From the human T2T-CHM13v2.0 reference genome, Homo sapiens: a stretch of 64,000 bases of DNA. A program made the translations under genes and the position numbers. A model generated the notes under the pieces. That model was not told where the DNA came from. It made no database searches and was given only the letters and a program-made list of their open reading frames with translations. Location: the NCBI RefSeq assembly GCF_009914755.1, contig NC_060926.1; one strand, 5' to 3'. Below are positions 1 to 15,200 of the stretch, one piece after another; position 1 is the first letter of the stretch, and each line of letters opens with the position of its first letter.

Positions 1-112
1 AGTTGAACCTGGGAGTCAGAGGTTGCAGTGAGCCAAGATTGTGTCACTGCACTCCAGCCTGGGCGACAGAGTGAGATCCTGTCTCCAAAAAAAAAAAAAA
101 AAAAAAAAAAAA
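1..112 (+). mobile_element. Alu 3' end with poly(A) tail (truncated by window edge)
   Basis: Alu right-arm sequence (ggttgcagtgagccaagatt...ctccagcctgggcgacagag) followed by a poly(A) run. Confidence 0.95.
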
Positions 113-1045
113 CAGAATCCATATGTCTGGCATGGTGGAAAATGTTAATAGAGAAAAGCGTGTCGGAGACAGTGATAAGAAAGAAATGAAGTGGCTAGCC
201 ATGGAATTTGGGCCGGGAAAGAAATCCAGTCCTGCCCTACAAGGTTAAGAATGTCCGGAAGTCCTAGTAGGTGAAAGGTTAGGTTATTGTTAGGGTAGAA
301 GGAAAGATGAAAGGTAAAATGGCTATGAACAAGAGGAGAGAAATTAGCCAAGGTCTGAAGCTTTGGAGGACCCATAACCTTCTGTCTGCACCTGAAAGTG
401 AATAACTAAATCCAGGTAAGATCATTAGATAAACATGATGAAAAAGGATGAGTGTGACAAAGCTAGCTAAGTCTTAGCCCAAATCTTCCCCTAACTCTTC
501 TTGACCTACGTACTAAAACTTAGAAAAGCTGCTCTACTCAGTCTCTAGAACATGTCATAAACTTTCCAATCATTTAACTTTGCTCACGCCATTCTCCACA
601 CTACAATCTTACTCTTCTGCCTACCTATTTTACAAATTCAATGAATTCCTATATACTTACAAATGCATAAATATGCAACCATGCCCCCAAACTCTTAAGA
701 CCTAAGCAGATTTCTAAAGTCAATCAAGGGAAACCAAACTAATATATTTGAACATATCATATTCTTACCAAATGGTTAAAATACTTCAAAAACAAAAAGG
801 AGGAAAGAAACTCCAATCAAACATAAGCAGAACCTGGAAAATATCCAAAAAAACCACATGTAGTCATGTGGTCTGAGATCTCTGGAGGGCCATTCCAATG
901 AAGAATCCATGATCCAGAGGATCTTTACCTCCTTACTCCACCCAAACACCTACAAACTACATTCATTACAAAGTTCTAGTTGCTTCCTCCCAAGACGTAG
1001 CTCTATTTGAGTTTTTTTGTATTTTCACAATAAAGCACCAATGAC

Positions 1046-1737
<692 letters not shown>

Positions 1738-3498
1738 ACCAATGACCATTTTTAATAGCTTCCTAAATCTAAGACATAGCATGTGGGTCACAATGAGAAC
1801 TATAAAATTAAGACCAAACTGTGCAATGGGCTCAAAGACAAACGTGTCATCTCAATAATAGGGTCAGATTAGTCACAAAGTTTTTAATAGTAGATCAATT
1901 TCCTCTGAACATCCTTACTCTCACCACCACAGCCTGTTCCTTTCATTAGCAAGATGGAAAAGCATCTATACAAAATGTAAATTTGTAGCCAAAAAGTGCT
2001 ATAATGCACTTCGAAATAAAGACTTCATAGAATCCCAATATGCCTACTACAAGAATGTTATTGTGGACAAATGCAATAAAACTTTCAGCCATTCCAACTC
2101 TTTGATGCACAAGAATCATCAGAAGTTTACTGCTTAGTATGATTTTTCTTTTAGACTATGTCACAGCATTCCTGTATTTACTCAAATAAGCCACAACAAC
2201 TGCACTGTTCTAATGCTTTGATGGAACTGTGAGTTACCAATTAGGCTTTAACATACCAATCAATACTTTACTGTTTTGTCATGAAAATTGCTTCTTGTTT
2301 CCCTTTTCCTTCATTTCCTTTTGACACAGGCAGTCTACCAGTTCCATTCATTGCCAGTTTTTAAAAGTTAATACATATTCCCCCAACTCATCAGTCAATA
2401 AATTAAGCATAATAATAATTGTTATTGTAGAGAATTACTATCTCTGTGAATCATACAACATCAGAAAACACAAAAACACCAGGGCAAATAAATGGAGAGT
2501 CCTCTTGATTCATCATTTTTACCTCATATCTGAACTATCACTAAGCCCTATTAATTCTATGTCTCTCAGAGCAAAAAATTCCATTTGTCATATTCACTAT
2601 AGTTCTCTTAGTCCATAGGACAGCTCCTGGAATAAAGCATGAGCTTAATATTTTTCATGAATAAATAAATCAGATCTGGAAAATATAAAGGTTAGGAGAG
2701 AGATATCTGCTTAAGTCGTTTTGTATTAAAAGTTCAATTTTTAAAACTTAAAAGTCTTAACAATAAAAAGAAAGTTTGAAAATAAACTTGCTATTACAGT
2801 AATGGTAAATTAAGTTTCAGGGGAATAACCAAATTTTCTTTTGCACTATGAGGTTGCTGAAAAAAAAAAGCAATGATTACACATGGCAAAATTAGAGATC
2901 CAATCAGGAGGCAGAAATCACACAATAATTTGAACTTGGAAAGTTCAACATCAAAAAAATATTACAGGGGACTGGAGTAATGAGAGATTGGCTAAAAGAT
3001 TATGGGAATGTCAAATTTAAGAAGCACTCACTATCCCTAGGGTTGAGATAAAGGTCCTCCCCCTCCCTCCAGACTTAAGATGCAGATCTCGTTGGAGGGC
3101 ACAGATAGTGGCTCACTGAATGGCAGAGAAGTAGCTGTGGTGAGGTGCCAGTGGAACCTGCCCAAAAATCCTCCCTCTTCGGTGCTGAGGAAAACTGTTT
3201 ATTGAGAGGTATTTCACTGGAGACCTTCCATTATGAAACCAACTAAGACGGGTAGTAGGGGAAGCTGTTGGCTGCTGCTGACCACTATGCAGTACAAGAG
3301 CCAGGCCTTGGAGACGGTGTTCATGCTACAAGCAGAGCCCGTCAAGAAAGCACACTATAACTAAGTACAAACACCCTTTCCTCCTACAATGCCTCTCCAG
3401 TGCAGCCTACTGACAAAACTTAACATTTTGCCCAGTGGCAAAAGAAAAACGTTTAAAGGACCTAGCTCCACTTCCACAGAGCATGCAAAAAGGGTTTA

Positions 3499-3827
3499 CA
3501 AATGGTCTCTGACTTGTGATGTTGTAAAAGCAACACACATTCAGTAGAAACCATACTTCGAGTACCCATGCAAAGATTCTGTTTTTCACTTTCAGTACAG
3601 TATTCAATAAATTACACGAGATATTCAACCTTTATTATAAAATAGGCTTTGGGTTAGATTTTGCCAACCTGTAAACTAACATAAATGTTCTGAGCACGTA
3701 TAAAGCAAGCTAGGCTAAAGCCATGGTTTTCAGTAAGTCTGGCATATTAAACTCATTTTTTACTTACTGTATTTTCAATTATCTATCTATCACAAATTAT
3801 CAACTATCACAAATTGAGGAGCATCTG
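3499..3827 (-). mobile_element. Tigger-family DNA transposon relic (MER47-like)
   Basis: Terminus gaggagcatctg|TA, TA at both ends, and internal similarity to the recalled MER47 consensus (tcagtagaaaccatacttcgagtacccat...). Confidence 0.7.
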
Positions 3828-3904
3828 TATTAGAAGCTAAGACACAGTCTACCCCTTGGCTACTCAGCTTCCATATGTACTCTTCTCTACACATTTAAAC
3901 TCCC

Positions 3905-3943
<39 letters not shown>

Positions 3944-3950
3944 CAATAAT
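3905..3950. repeat. (TAA)n microsatellite
   Basis: Direct inspection. Confidence 0.95.
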
Positions 3951-5276
3951 AAGCCAGAAACAGAGGTGGCTTCCTCAGCATCAGGTTCCTGAAGCACAGG
4001 CAGCTTCTCCTGCACCCATTCATACTTATAATTCCTTTTCTAGCAACCAACCAAGAGAGCAATACAAGGCTATTAATGAGGAAATTCCACAACTTCTTTT
4101 ATAGTTCACATCAGTCAGTTCTTTTTATCTGAGTCCTTATACAAAGTCCTTCTTACACGAAGTTGTGTGCAAATGTGCGTGCGTGCATGTGTGTGTAGAA
4201 CTAACTCTGGCACTAGATAATCTTGTTAAAATCCAGGTGTGTGTGCGTAGGAGAAATAACTCCGGCACTACGTAATCGTGGTTAAAATCCAGGTCTATCA
4301 CTTTTACCTATAGTGCTTAAAGCAAGTTACCTGTTTCCGTACCCCTGTAAAATAAGGGGAATAATATCTACCTTGTAGGGTTGTTGTAAAGAGTAAATCA
4401 ACTAAGTGAATATTAAATCAAACAACCTGTGTGAACCTTGCACAAGTGTTAACCACTATTATTTTACTTGTAGAGACAAAGTGAGTTAATTTCCTGTCTC
4501 CCAACACTACATGAAAGCTCCATAAAGGCAGTGGAATTTGTCTGTTTTGTTCCCTTATCCCACCATGTAGAACACTTCCTGGACTAAATAGGTGTTAAAA
4601 TATTTGTTTATTGAGAACAAGTAAACCACTGATCACAAGCTCTTCTATAAAAAAAAGTTACTAATGGCAACTTTTCGAAGTTCTAAAGACAACTTAGAGA
4701 TTAGCAACTGAAAAAGTTAATGGGGGGAGGAGGAGGGAGGGAAAAATGATGTCAATCTCTTCTTTAAGAGATTCCTTCAGGGTTTTAACTTGCCTGGCTC
4801 TGGCATATACCAGTTGCATGGCCTGGGGAAAAAAAATCATTCCACTTAAGCCTCAGTTTTCCCTTTTCAGGGGAAATAACTACTTCAAAAGATTGTTAAA
4901 ACATAAAATAAAATAAAATAAAATGATTTAAATGACAGCATCTAGGATAAAGTTTGTACTCTACTGAATCTCAGTATCAACTAAATGTGACCTCTGGTTT
5001 TTCTAGTTCGAGCGGTATACAAATAGCTTTCACTGTGCACTCAATCTGAGCTTTAACTGAAAAAGCTGTTCTCGAGGGGTTTCAGAAACAGGAGATACTG
5101 CATAGTTTAAGTTTCATCAGATGGCAAATTCTGTAATCTCCCGAAACATACTTTCCAAGAGTTTCTATGAAAAGAAAGTAAGATTGCATTCTGAATCCAC
5201 TGAAGGTAAAACAAGAGCATCCAACACATATCTAACTTATATATGTCCTATACAGAAAAAAAAAAAAAACAACCCT

Positions 5277-5595
<319 letters not shown>

Positions 5596-7249
5596 TTAGA
5601 TTAAATGGTGGATATTCGGAAAAGTGACCCTATTGATAAGACAGCCACACTGTTTAGCAGAAAATAAATAATTTATTCACACTTTCACAATATTCATATC
5701 TAATTTTCTAGAACTTAACTTCATTAATTTCTCTATTAATTTCCGCCAAACTGCCATAAATGTCCCGTCAAAAATTACCACAAAATACAGGTTATAAAAA
5801 CACTACTATTAGCAATTTGTAGTGATACCAGAGCACACACCCTTATTATTTACTACTCCAAGGAGCTGTTGGCAAAGTTCTCATTTATTCTTAACTTACA
5901 GAAACAAATAATTTTATCATTGACTCAAAATAGAAAGTGGTGATAACTCTTTTTCTGGCAGCACTAGAGCTCAATTCACAGTCTTGCTAAACCTCACAGC
6001 AGATGAAACACTAGCTTTGCTAAAAATAATACAAAATGATGGATGTTAAAACTAGAATAGATCTTATCTACTATAAGTACCATCAGTCTTACAGCAATGT
6101 ACGTTTTAATATTTGCAATGTAGAAATAAAGTTTACAAGATTTGGAAGCTCCACAGATCCCTGGTGTTCTAGGTGAGAAAACCTAGACCAGAAAACCTGA
6201 GAGTTCAAGTGACTGCTTCCCACTCTCCTGCTCCCAACACTAACAGCCAGTCCAGTCAGAGACAGTGCTGATTAGAACTGATTTTCTCTACTTTATGAAA
6301 AATCCTCTTATCAGAAAAATTGATACTGCCCTTTCTTTCGGTATCACGTGACCTACACATCTGTGTGTGTGTGTGTGCGCGTAAAAGATACATTAGGGAT
6401 CACAAGTTCTAGTTCTGCTTGCTTCCCCTAAGCTTCTTAAAAGAGCAGCTAGATCATGAAGGAGGAGGTGGTAGTAGTAGGTGTACATAATAGATGCCAC
6501 CATTCACGTAAGTCTTTATTGGAAAACTGGGACGTGACACCATCAGCTTACACAACAGAAAAACACAAACTAAGTTCCTGACAGCGGAATGATGAACCAC
6601 CCAACTTGAGTTAAAAAGAAACAAAAGTACACCACTGTATCTTAATAAGTATCCAGTCTTTGGGTTAAAATTGTATTCTCTTTCCCCAGTTTTAGTCATT
6701 TTGTAACAAATTTTAACAAGCCTGATAGGTATTTCATGGCCATGTCTGAAGTTGGCTGAACTTAAGCATCCCTATATAACACACTTTACACTTAGTAACT
6801 TGCTAGTTACCTATGGTTAACAAATGTTTCATATGGTATGTTTTTAAAACTTTCAGTGAAACACTTTAACATTTTTAACCCAGCAAAACAAACAAAAACT
6901 GTGTCTAATAACCCACACGAGTAGAAAAATGACCTTAAGCTTAACCTTAAACACAGATATAATAAGTAAAACAAATGGAGAGAAGTCCATCTCTATTCAG
7001 GAGGCAGAAGAACCCCCCCTGCCCCCAACACACACAAAGACGGGTGGCAGTGGAGGGCAGGCTCATAAACCAGAGGTGTAATGGACAAGTCGAGCGATTC
7101 CTCCCGTTTTCCGCATTCTGCAACCCTCGGTCGCTCAGTGGTGCGGTTAGGGCAGCAATCTATAACCTTCATTCCAGAAGACCCCAGCACTTCTATGTGG
7201 TGTCCAAACACAACTGGTGAGCAAAGAAAGGGCTGAAAGACAGGCCAGG

Positions 7250-8135
7250 CCGTGCTACTCAGGGACGTCGGACCTAGGGCAAGAAACCTTTACCACTCTC
7301 ATTCGAAATCGGAGCAATGGGTCTATTACGGAAAAGACTTCTTAGGAAGGTCTCCTAAGACAAAGGGCTGCGAGTCAGGAACCATCCCCAAGCTCGGGAG
7401 CCGGGACCGAACCGTCCCGGGCCCGTATCCGCGCAGCCTGCACCCCGCGCTGAGCTGGCGCCCGACCGAGCCGCCCACATTCCGAAGTATTCGGAGACCC
7501 CCACCTAGCCGGCCCGAGCTGACCCTCTCCCCAACCCGTACGCCCGCGGACCGAGCTCCTCACCCTGGTGATTGAACAGTCTCCATATTCTAGTGAAGAG
7601 AATTCCCATTCTCGGGCAGCGGACCCCCCCCCCTCCAGACACCCGGGCCGCCTGGCTTCCCCCGGCTCAGGCTGAGGGGGAGGAGAGAGACGCGCTGGAG
7701 CCTCCGCCTCTGCTGCTGCTCCCGCGCTGGTCGCGGGCCCGCTTCCAGGGAACCGGAGGGAGGCCGAAGCCCAGGCCGCCCTGCCGCGCGCAAGGCCCCG
7801 CCGCTGCCGCCGCGGCACTCGCCTGGCTCGCGGACATCGCCGCCGCGTTGTCTGCGACGAGCCTCGCGGGCCACCGTCCTCCCCCAGCTCCTCTCGGGCG
7901 GCTGCGGTGGCGACGACCACGCGGGCGGGGGAAGTGAAGGGGCGGGCCTGGAGGGACGTGAGTGCGCAGGCGCGCGGCCAGAGGGGCGGAGCGTAGGAAA
8001 GGGCGCCCGCCCTGTCCTCGCTTATTTGCATAACCAAGACTGCGGAAGGCGCAGGACTTTACCCTGGGACTGAGGCTGTGAAGACCGCAAGTTGGGGCAG
8101 ATGGCTTCCGACTGCTTGCTGTTGCGTCCCCGAGT
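7250..8135 (-). promoter_or_regulatory. ARL5A: CpG island promoter of ARL5A
   Basis: High GC and CpG density. GC boxes (7922-7950, ~7982-7991), GGAAGT ETS core (7930-7935), NRF1-like TGCGCAGGCGCG (7963-7974) and octamer ATTTGCAT (8024-8031) lie directly upstream of coding exon 1. Confidence 0.9.
7564..7609 (-). CDS. ARL5A: ADP-ribosylation factor-like GTPase 5A, coding part of exon 1 (rest of gene is left of window)
   Basis: ATG in strong context (AGAATGG) translating MGILFTRIWRLFNHQ, the Gly2 myristoylation/amphipathic helix typical of ARL5. 46 nt, followed by a G|GTGAG donor. Confidence 0.95.
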
Positions 8136-9678
8136 ATTTATATTTCCCTCGAATCTTCTCCACTGCGCCATAATGTAAACATATAATTGAGTACCCCATG
8201 TCCATCCCCAACCCTTCACATACACTACACTTAAAGTTCCACGTCATGACTCTTTAAGACATTGTGTCCCCTGTGGGTCTTTGAGGGAAAAGTCTGCTGC
8301 CCTCTGACACTCAGCTGAAGTCAGTGGCCTTACCTAGATAGTCACCTTAAAGCCATTTTTGCACTTCAGGGCTCTTTTCTCTCCAATCTCTTAACTCTCA
8401 CGTCAGTATTGCCCAAAACAACGATTTTGATCAAGTCACTACCCTGTTTAAAAACCTTTAGTGGCCACCAAAGCTCCATCCCTTTCTGTTCTCGTTAACC
8501 TTAGTAAAAAGGAAAATAAAGAAAAATTGGGAGACTTGTAGGAGCCATTTGAACTGCTTTGCACTCCCATCCCCAACAGCTGAATGAAATTAAGCAAAAT
8601 CAGCAATAAATCGCACCTTCCCAACTCACTTCTCCTAACTACCCAGTATTTTACCTCAAAATATAGAAAAGTAATTTCGTTGACTTCTTTTGGGGCTTTA
8701 TGGTTAAAAAGCCAAAGTTTAGAGGAGCCATACATGAAGGGAAGGAAAATCATAGTAATCCATATTAATTTATGTATTATCATGTCTGGATTTACTTAAT
8801 ATTCTGTACACTGTTTAGAAGAACAATGTAGTTTGTATAACCAATTTGCATTAACTCTGTAATATTTCCATTCTCGCACACCGTAGGTAATGCTTTGGTA
8901 GCTCTAAGACTTTTTCAGACTCCCACACAGATGTCAACTTATGAAATGGATGTCATATACACATTATGTGATGGCGGAGCTTCATATTTTACAATCTACC
9001 CAAGGAAATGGTCTCCCAGGTTATTTTCCGAGTGAAGAAAGAAGAGAGAGAGAGAGACAGAGACAGAGAGTTTAAAGACCAATTTATCTATGATTACAGA
9101 GAAATGCAAAATGTCATTGGAGAGACTTCTGACTTCAGGCATGAGAGAGTAGGATGGTTTGAATATATCCTCCTACCATTAGCAAATAGAAAACTGCACA
9201 AAGTACAGGCAACGACATTTCAGATATTGAAAAACACATCACAGTACTGTGATTCTTTGCAAAAGAGAAAGGAACAGGTGGAGTCTTACCATTTCCTGGA
9301 CTTTATCCCTAAAAGCAATTCCCAGTCAACTACGGAGGAAGTGGGAACCCAAATGAGAATCTGGAAACCTCTTAGAACTGAAGACGCATATCAGCATTCC
9401 CAGAGATCAAGGTGACTAGAATTTGTGAAGCAGAGTAACTGGAAGGAGGGAGCTACACAGAGAAAAGCTCTGGAAACCTGTTAAGGGGCCATTGAGTCTT
9501 TGGCTGCATATCAATTTGTGCTCGTGCAGTATGAACCCCCAAGAGGCTGGTCAGTCACAATTCCTGAGGAAAAATAAGTACCAGGAAACTGTAATGCAAA
9601 TGATTCCCAGAGATTACAACGGGTCAGGAATCATTTGAGTTCCCTTCAGCCAGAGTGAAGAGAACTGAATATATAGGA

Positions 9679-10235
<557 letters not shown>

Positions 10236-10906
10236 ATATAGTTGAGTGGACACCACCAGAGACCTTAGAAGAGGAGCTAACTGGCCTAAGAATAAGCCCT
10301 ACACAAGACCAATCCTAAAGGAGCTTAAAACCAAACCTTGAAAGGGCCAAACTAATTCACAATTGCCTGCCAAAACAAGTATAACATTCTTTAAAGGAAT
10401 ATGAGATCAAGTCATCAACAATGTAAACTTTACATTGTCCTAAATCCAATAAAAAATCACTAGACGTGCAAGGAAACAGGAAAATGTGATCCATAACCAA
10501 AAGCAAATCACTCTACAGAAATACCCAGGCATGGGGACATTAAGTGATTGCCCCAAGTTCATGGCTAGTTATTGCTGGATCTGGGCTTTGAACCCAGACA
10601 AAGGTTAGATCCACACTCAAACCACTGTGCTAATCTGCATGTTGTATCAAAGTACAAATGAGATGTTTCTCTCCCTCGTACATTTTATTATTGGAAATGT
10701 GCTGATGACAGGAGAAGTAGCTTCAGGCATATGGCTGGTAGATGAGTTTCAGATTGTTGGCTGAAATACTTTGATAGTTGAGACAGCCTTATATAATACC
10801 TCTCCAATAACTGAGGTACTATTCATTCAGTCAACATTTATTGTATTCCAGGCATTGTTTTGTATGCTTCAGATGATTACCTAGCTTAAAAGTAACATAT
10901 CAGTAC

Positions 10907-11217
10907 TTTTTTTTTTCTTTTTCTTTTTTTTTGGTGGGGGGATGGACTTTCGCTCGTTGCCCAGGCTGGAGTACATTGGTGCATCTCGGCTCACGGCAAC
11001 CTCCGCCTCCCGGGTTCAAGCGATTCTCCTGCCTCAGCCTCCCGAGTAGCTGGGATTACAGGCATGCGCCCTCACGCCCGGCTAATTTTGTATTTTTAGT
11101 AGAGACGGGGTTTCTCCATGTTGGTCAGGCTGGTCTCAAACTCCCGACCTCAGGTGATCCGCCCGCCTAGGCCTCCCAAAGTGCTGGGATTACAGGCAGG
11201 AGCCACCACGCCCGGCT
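10907..11217 (-). mobile_element. AluSp-like
   Basis: Diagnostic tgaccaacatggagaaacccc on the minus strand, T-rich tail. Confidence 0.93.
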
Positions 11218-11247
11218 ATGAGTACGTATTTTTAAAGAAAAATTCTT

Positions 11248-11550
<303 letters not shown>

Positions 11551-12204
11551 ATTCTTTTGAGAGAGAAGTTTCAGTGAACTTTGGTTTCCTCATTTGTATT
11601 TGTATCTCATAATCCATGCCCGGCCTACTTTCCTGGGTGATCAGATGAATTAAATGTGATAATTGTGAAATAACTTGACTCTAATAAATCACTGTATAAT
11701 CCTAATGCAGTGATAAAAATCAACATAGTCCATATTTCTTTGGAATCTCCTATACAGTGAAATGACAAAAAAGTCAAATTCCAATCAAGTCTTAACATAG
11801 ACAATTGACCCCAAATACATACTATGGAATTCTTACAGGTACAAGATAGCTTTGGAAATGTCTGATAACTGCAATATTAATCATTTTGGAGTGGATGACT
11901 TGCGAACAATATAATACTTCATCTAGTATATTTTTCTATATCCAATCCTATTTTGCACATGTATTCGAATGTATTTTATTTCACATGTGTGTGTATTTAA
12001 CTTATAAACCCTTTCCTAATACAGTACTTATTTTGTGATCACTCACAGCACCTGGCAGAGTATTCAGAAAGTAGTCATTTGATTGAATCCCTTTTTAGGA
12101 TAAATGTTTAGACTTTTTCTTTTTTTCATAAAAGAGTACCTATTGATTTCCAGTATTTCTTCAATATATTTCTAGAATAATATAAAGGAGAGGTATAACG
12201 CTGG

Positions 12205-15200
12205 TTTCAGTGTTTTTTTCATTTATTATATAAAAGAAAAAAAGTAATGCAGTTGTTTTGTACACATTTAAATTCCATAAAACAAATCCATAGAAATGAG
12301 GATACTCTATGCATGCACTCTGCATTTTCTTTGTTAATGTTTTTATTCACAAAAATAACACCACGTTTTTTTCTTTAAAGCCACTAAAGCAGAGGGAGAA
12401 CAAAACATGCAGCACTGTACACATTTGCATAGTATATTTTACCCAGCATGCCTTGTAGAATGCTACACATACCTAGATAAGAAAAATAAAAGGGGACAAA
12501 TTATTAAAATAAATAACTAAAATTTAAAGAAAGAAAAAAAATTATTTGACAAAGGCATTTTTTATCCCACTTTGTCAATGGAGATATAGCAATAGCCTGG
12601 GATTTCAACAGCCCTCAGAATAGTAGGAAAAATCTTTTTACATCATTTTGCCATATTTCTGTTTTAGTATGTTTTATGTTAATACATTTATTTTTTATTC
12701 CTTCCCACCATCCCTACAAAAACACAGCTAATGGCTTTAACTTATGTTTCAAAGTAGTATTCAGTACAAAACAAATTAAAGAATCCCTAACTAATATAAT
12801 TTTTTGTGGTTGGGACATCTTTATTGATCATTCTGACTCGAGGCTGTGAAAAATACAAAAATCTCACACATGTCCAAAATTCAGAGGAGCCCTATGAGCT
12901 CACTTGCTGTGACTTTCTGCTGTTGTTATTGAAAGAGAAGAAATAAGAGGAGAAAATATGGTATGAGTGTTATCACAAAATAAAATTTAATAAATTTTAT
13001 GGAAGGGAATAAAACAAAAGAAATTACATCCACAGATTGCAAGGCTATGAAATAAATTGCTGGAAAAGTATCAAGCAGCAAGTTAAAAAGATGGTAGATG
13101 AAGTAAATCTGACAAAACTTAGAACTAAATCGACATACTTTTAAAAAATATGACTGCCAAATTTAACAGTGGATTTTGTTATAAGTTTGTGCTATAACAA
13201 ATGTGCTTCTTTCTCCTCAATCTATTTTTATATTATTGGCAAAATATATATTTTATAATTTTGTACTGTACAATATGTTTTTGCTACATTATTTTTCTAC
13301 TGCTAATGCAGATTATAAGTAACAACATAGATTTATTTTGGCAATAAAATGCTTTCATTTTAATAACATCCCAGAAAATATTGTAAGGCATATGAAAAAT
13401 AGTATGCAACGATATAGCGTTAATGATCCCGCCTCTTTATTACATCCCTTATGCATACAGAATTCACACTGATTTCAGTTAAAAGTCAAAGTGGCATGCA
13501 AGTAGGGCAAGGGTGGCCCCTACATAAATATAGACATAGCCATTTGTTGAGAAATTTAAGTGTTCAAAACATAACCAAGAACACTTATCAGGTATTGAAA
13601 AGCTAGAGGCCAGCCACTTCTGGTTCTTAGTTCCCCTTGTAACTCCTTATAATTTTCAAATGAGGAAGTATCAGTGTATTCTCCCAAACCACTCTAAATT
13701 CATTAGTAACATTTTCTACCATCCTTCTGCAAACATTTTACATACATCATGAGAAACAAAAGAAAGTTTCATATATAACTACGACTCCCCAAACCAATTG
13801 CTACTCACTCTTAATTATACTTTGTTTATGGCAAGTAGAAGTTACAGCCCTTAGGATTATCTGATGAGATACTTTCTAGTCTTCTCATAATGTCCCTCAA
13901 TTACATGAAGCATTTAGAATTAATCATTACAAGTAAAAAGAGATAGCTGCTATCAGAGGATGTATTTTATTTAAGAAAGTCCATTTTAATAAAAGAAGAA
14001 ACTTTTAAAAGTAATTTTTGAATGCTGTAGTTCTGGGTGCCCATATAAGCCAATTTTTCTATTTTGACTAACTTGACTGCTTAAGTCAAAAAGAAGGTTA
14101 TCCTTATTGTCTGTCTAACAGCTAATTGGATTGACTTGACTGGTTTGATCATGATTATTTTAAAGAAGAGGACTGTTCTCTGCCCCATAGACACAGCTTG
14201 AGTAAGTAACTTACTAACAGTTATAGTATTGACAGTATTTAAAGGTATGAGAAACTAATAAAACAGATTTTATTACATAATTTCCTATAAATTTTTCATT
14301 CATACAGTCATTCAAGGATGAGTTTTATATAATTTAAAAAAACACAACATGCAACATTGTCATAAAAGACAAAGGCAGAAATGTAAAAGGAATAAGGGGT
14401 ACATAGCATTTATTTGAAACATTGATATGAAGTTTATTCCAATTACATGGGAGTCCAAGATTATGCATATCCTTACCCAGTAAATGGCTAAGTCATGCTC
14501 TGTGGAAGTCAAGGACCAACAAAATGTGAATTTGCAAACCAGCTGCTCTTAAACATAAAGTCTTTGGACTTTTACTCCTTTAGACTTAGAACTAGATATT
14601 ATAACAAGTTGCACACAAAGGCAATTCCCTTGCAGTTTGTTTTGTTCCCTATGATGACTTATTTGTTAAATTAACCTTGCCTCATGATAAACTGTGAACC
14701 AATTCAAAGAAAACTTCACTAACGTGGAAGAAATGAAAGGGTGCCAAAGAGCATTTTGGAAACAGTTTAAAATCTAAAGGGAAGGCATATTTTAATAATC
14801 TATGTATTTAGCTTTGCAGCAAGGTTAGCCAGAATAGTGATAATTTTGATCACTACTTATTGACCAGTGTTTTTCCCTTTAAAGACAGATTGTCTTCTCT
14901 AGAGAAGAGGTAGTAAATATATCAGTACATAGGGTAATTTCTACAATGGTATTACATTTTTTAAGCAAATACCAAAATAAAACTGTGTAACTAAGAAAAT
15001 ATATACTAACATGCAAATTAAGGTTGCCAAGACACATTCTTAACGGACATCCTGGGTCTTAACAACATTTTGTGATATGTTCATTTAAAGAATTTAAATT
15101 TGCAAACCATCTTTTAGCATAATTTCCTTTTCTTACTTCCTTTCACTGCCTCCACTTCCTATTATGAATTTTAAGGCCCCCACACAAAAGACAAGTTCAA

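Noticed and set aside
4191-4294. Diverged ~50-bp tandem duplication (also short duplications near 34254, 43262, 43564)
   Set aside because: Ordinary slippage-type duplications with no functional hint.
7252-8037. Long ORFs of 94-220 aa on both strands over the ARL5A promoter
   Set aside because: Stop-poor GC-rich CpG island with no recognisable protein. The true coding frame is the 46-nt exon.
8024-8260. Octamer + PSE-like (tacactacacttaaagt) + tttaag, resembling a U6-type Pol III promoter on plus
   Set aside because: PSE and TATA matches are poor, and no recognisable small RNA follows.
9008-9415. 135-aa ORF in intergenic spacer
   Set aside because: Spans a GA repeat and old L1-like sequence, with no homology recognised.
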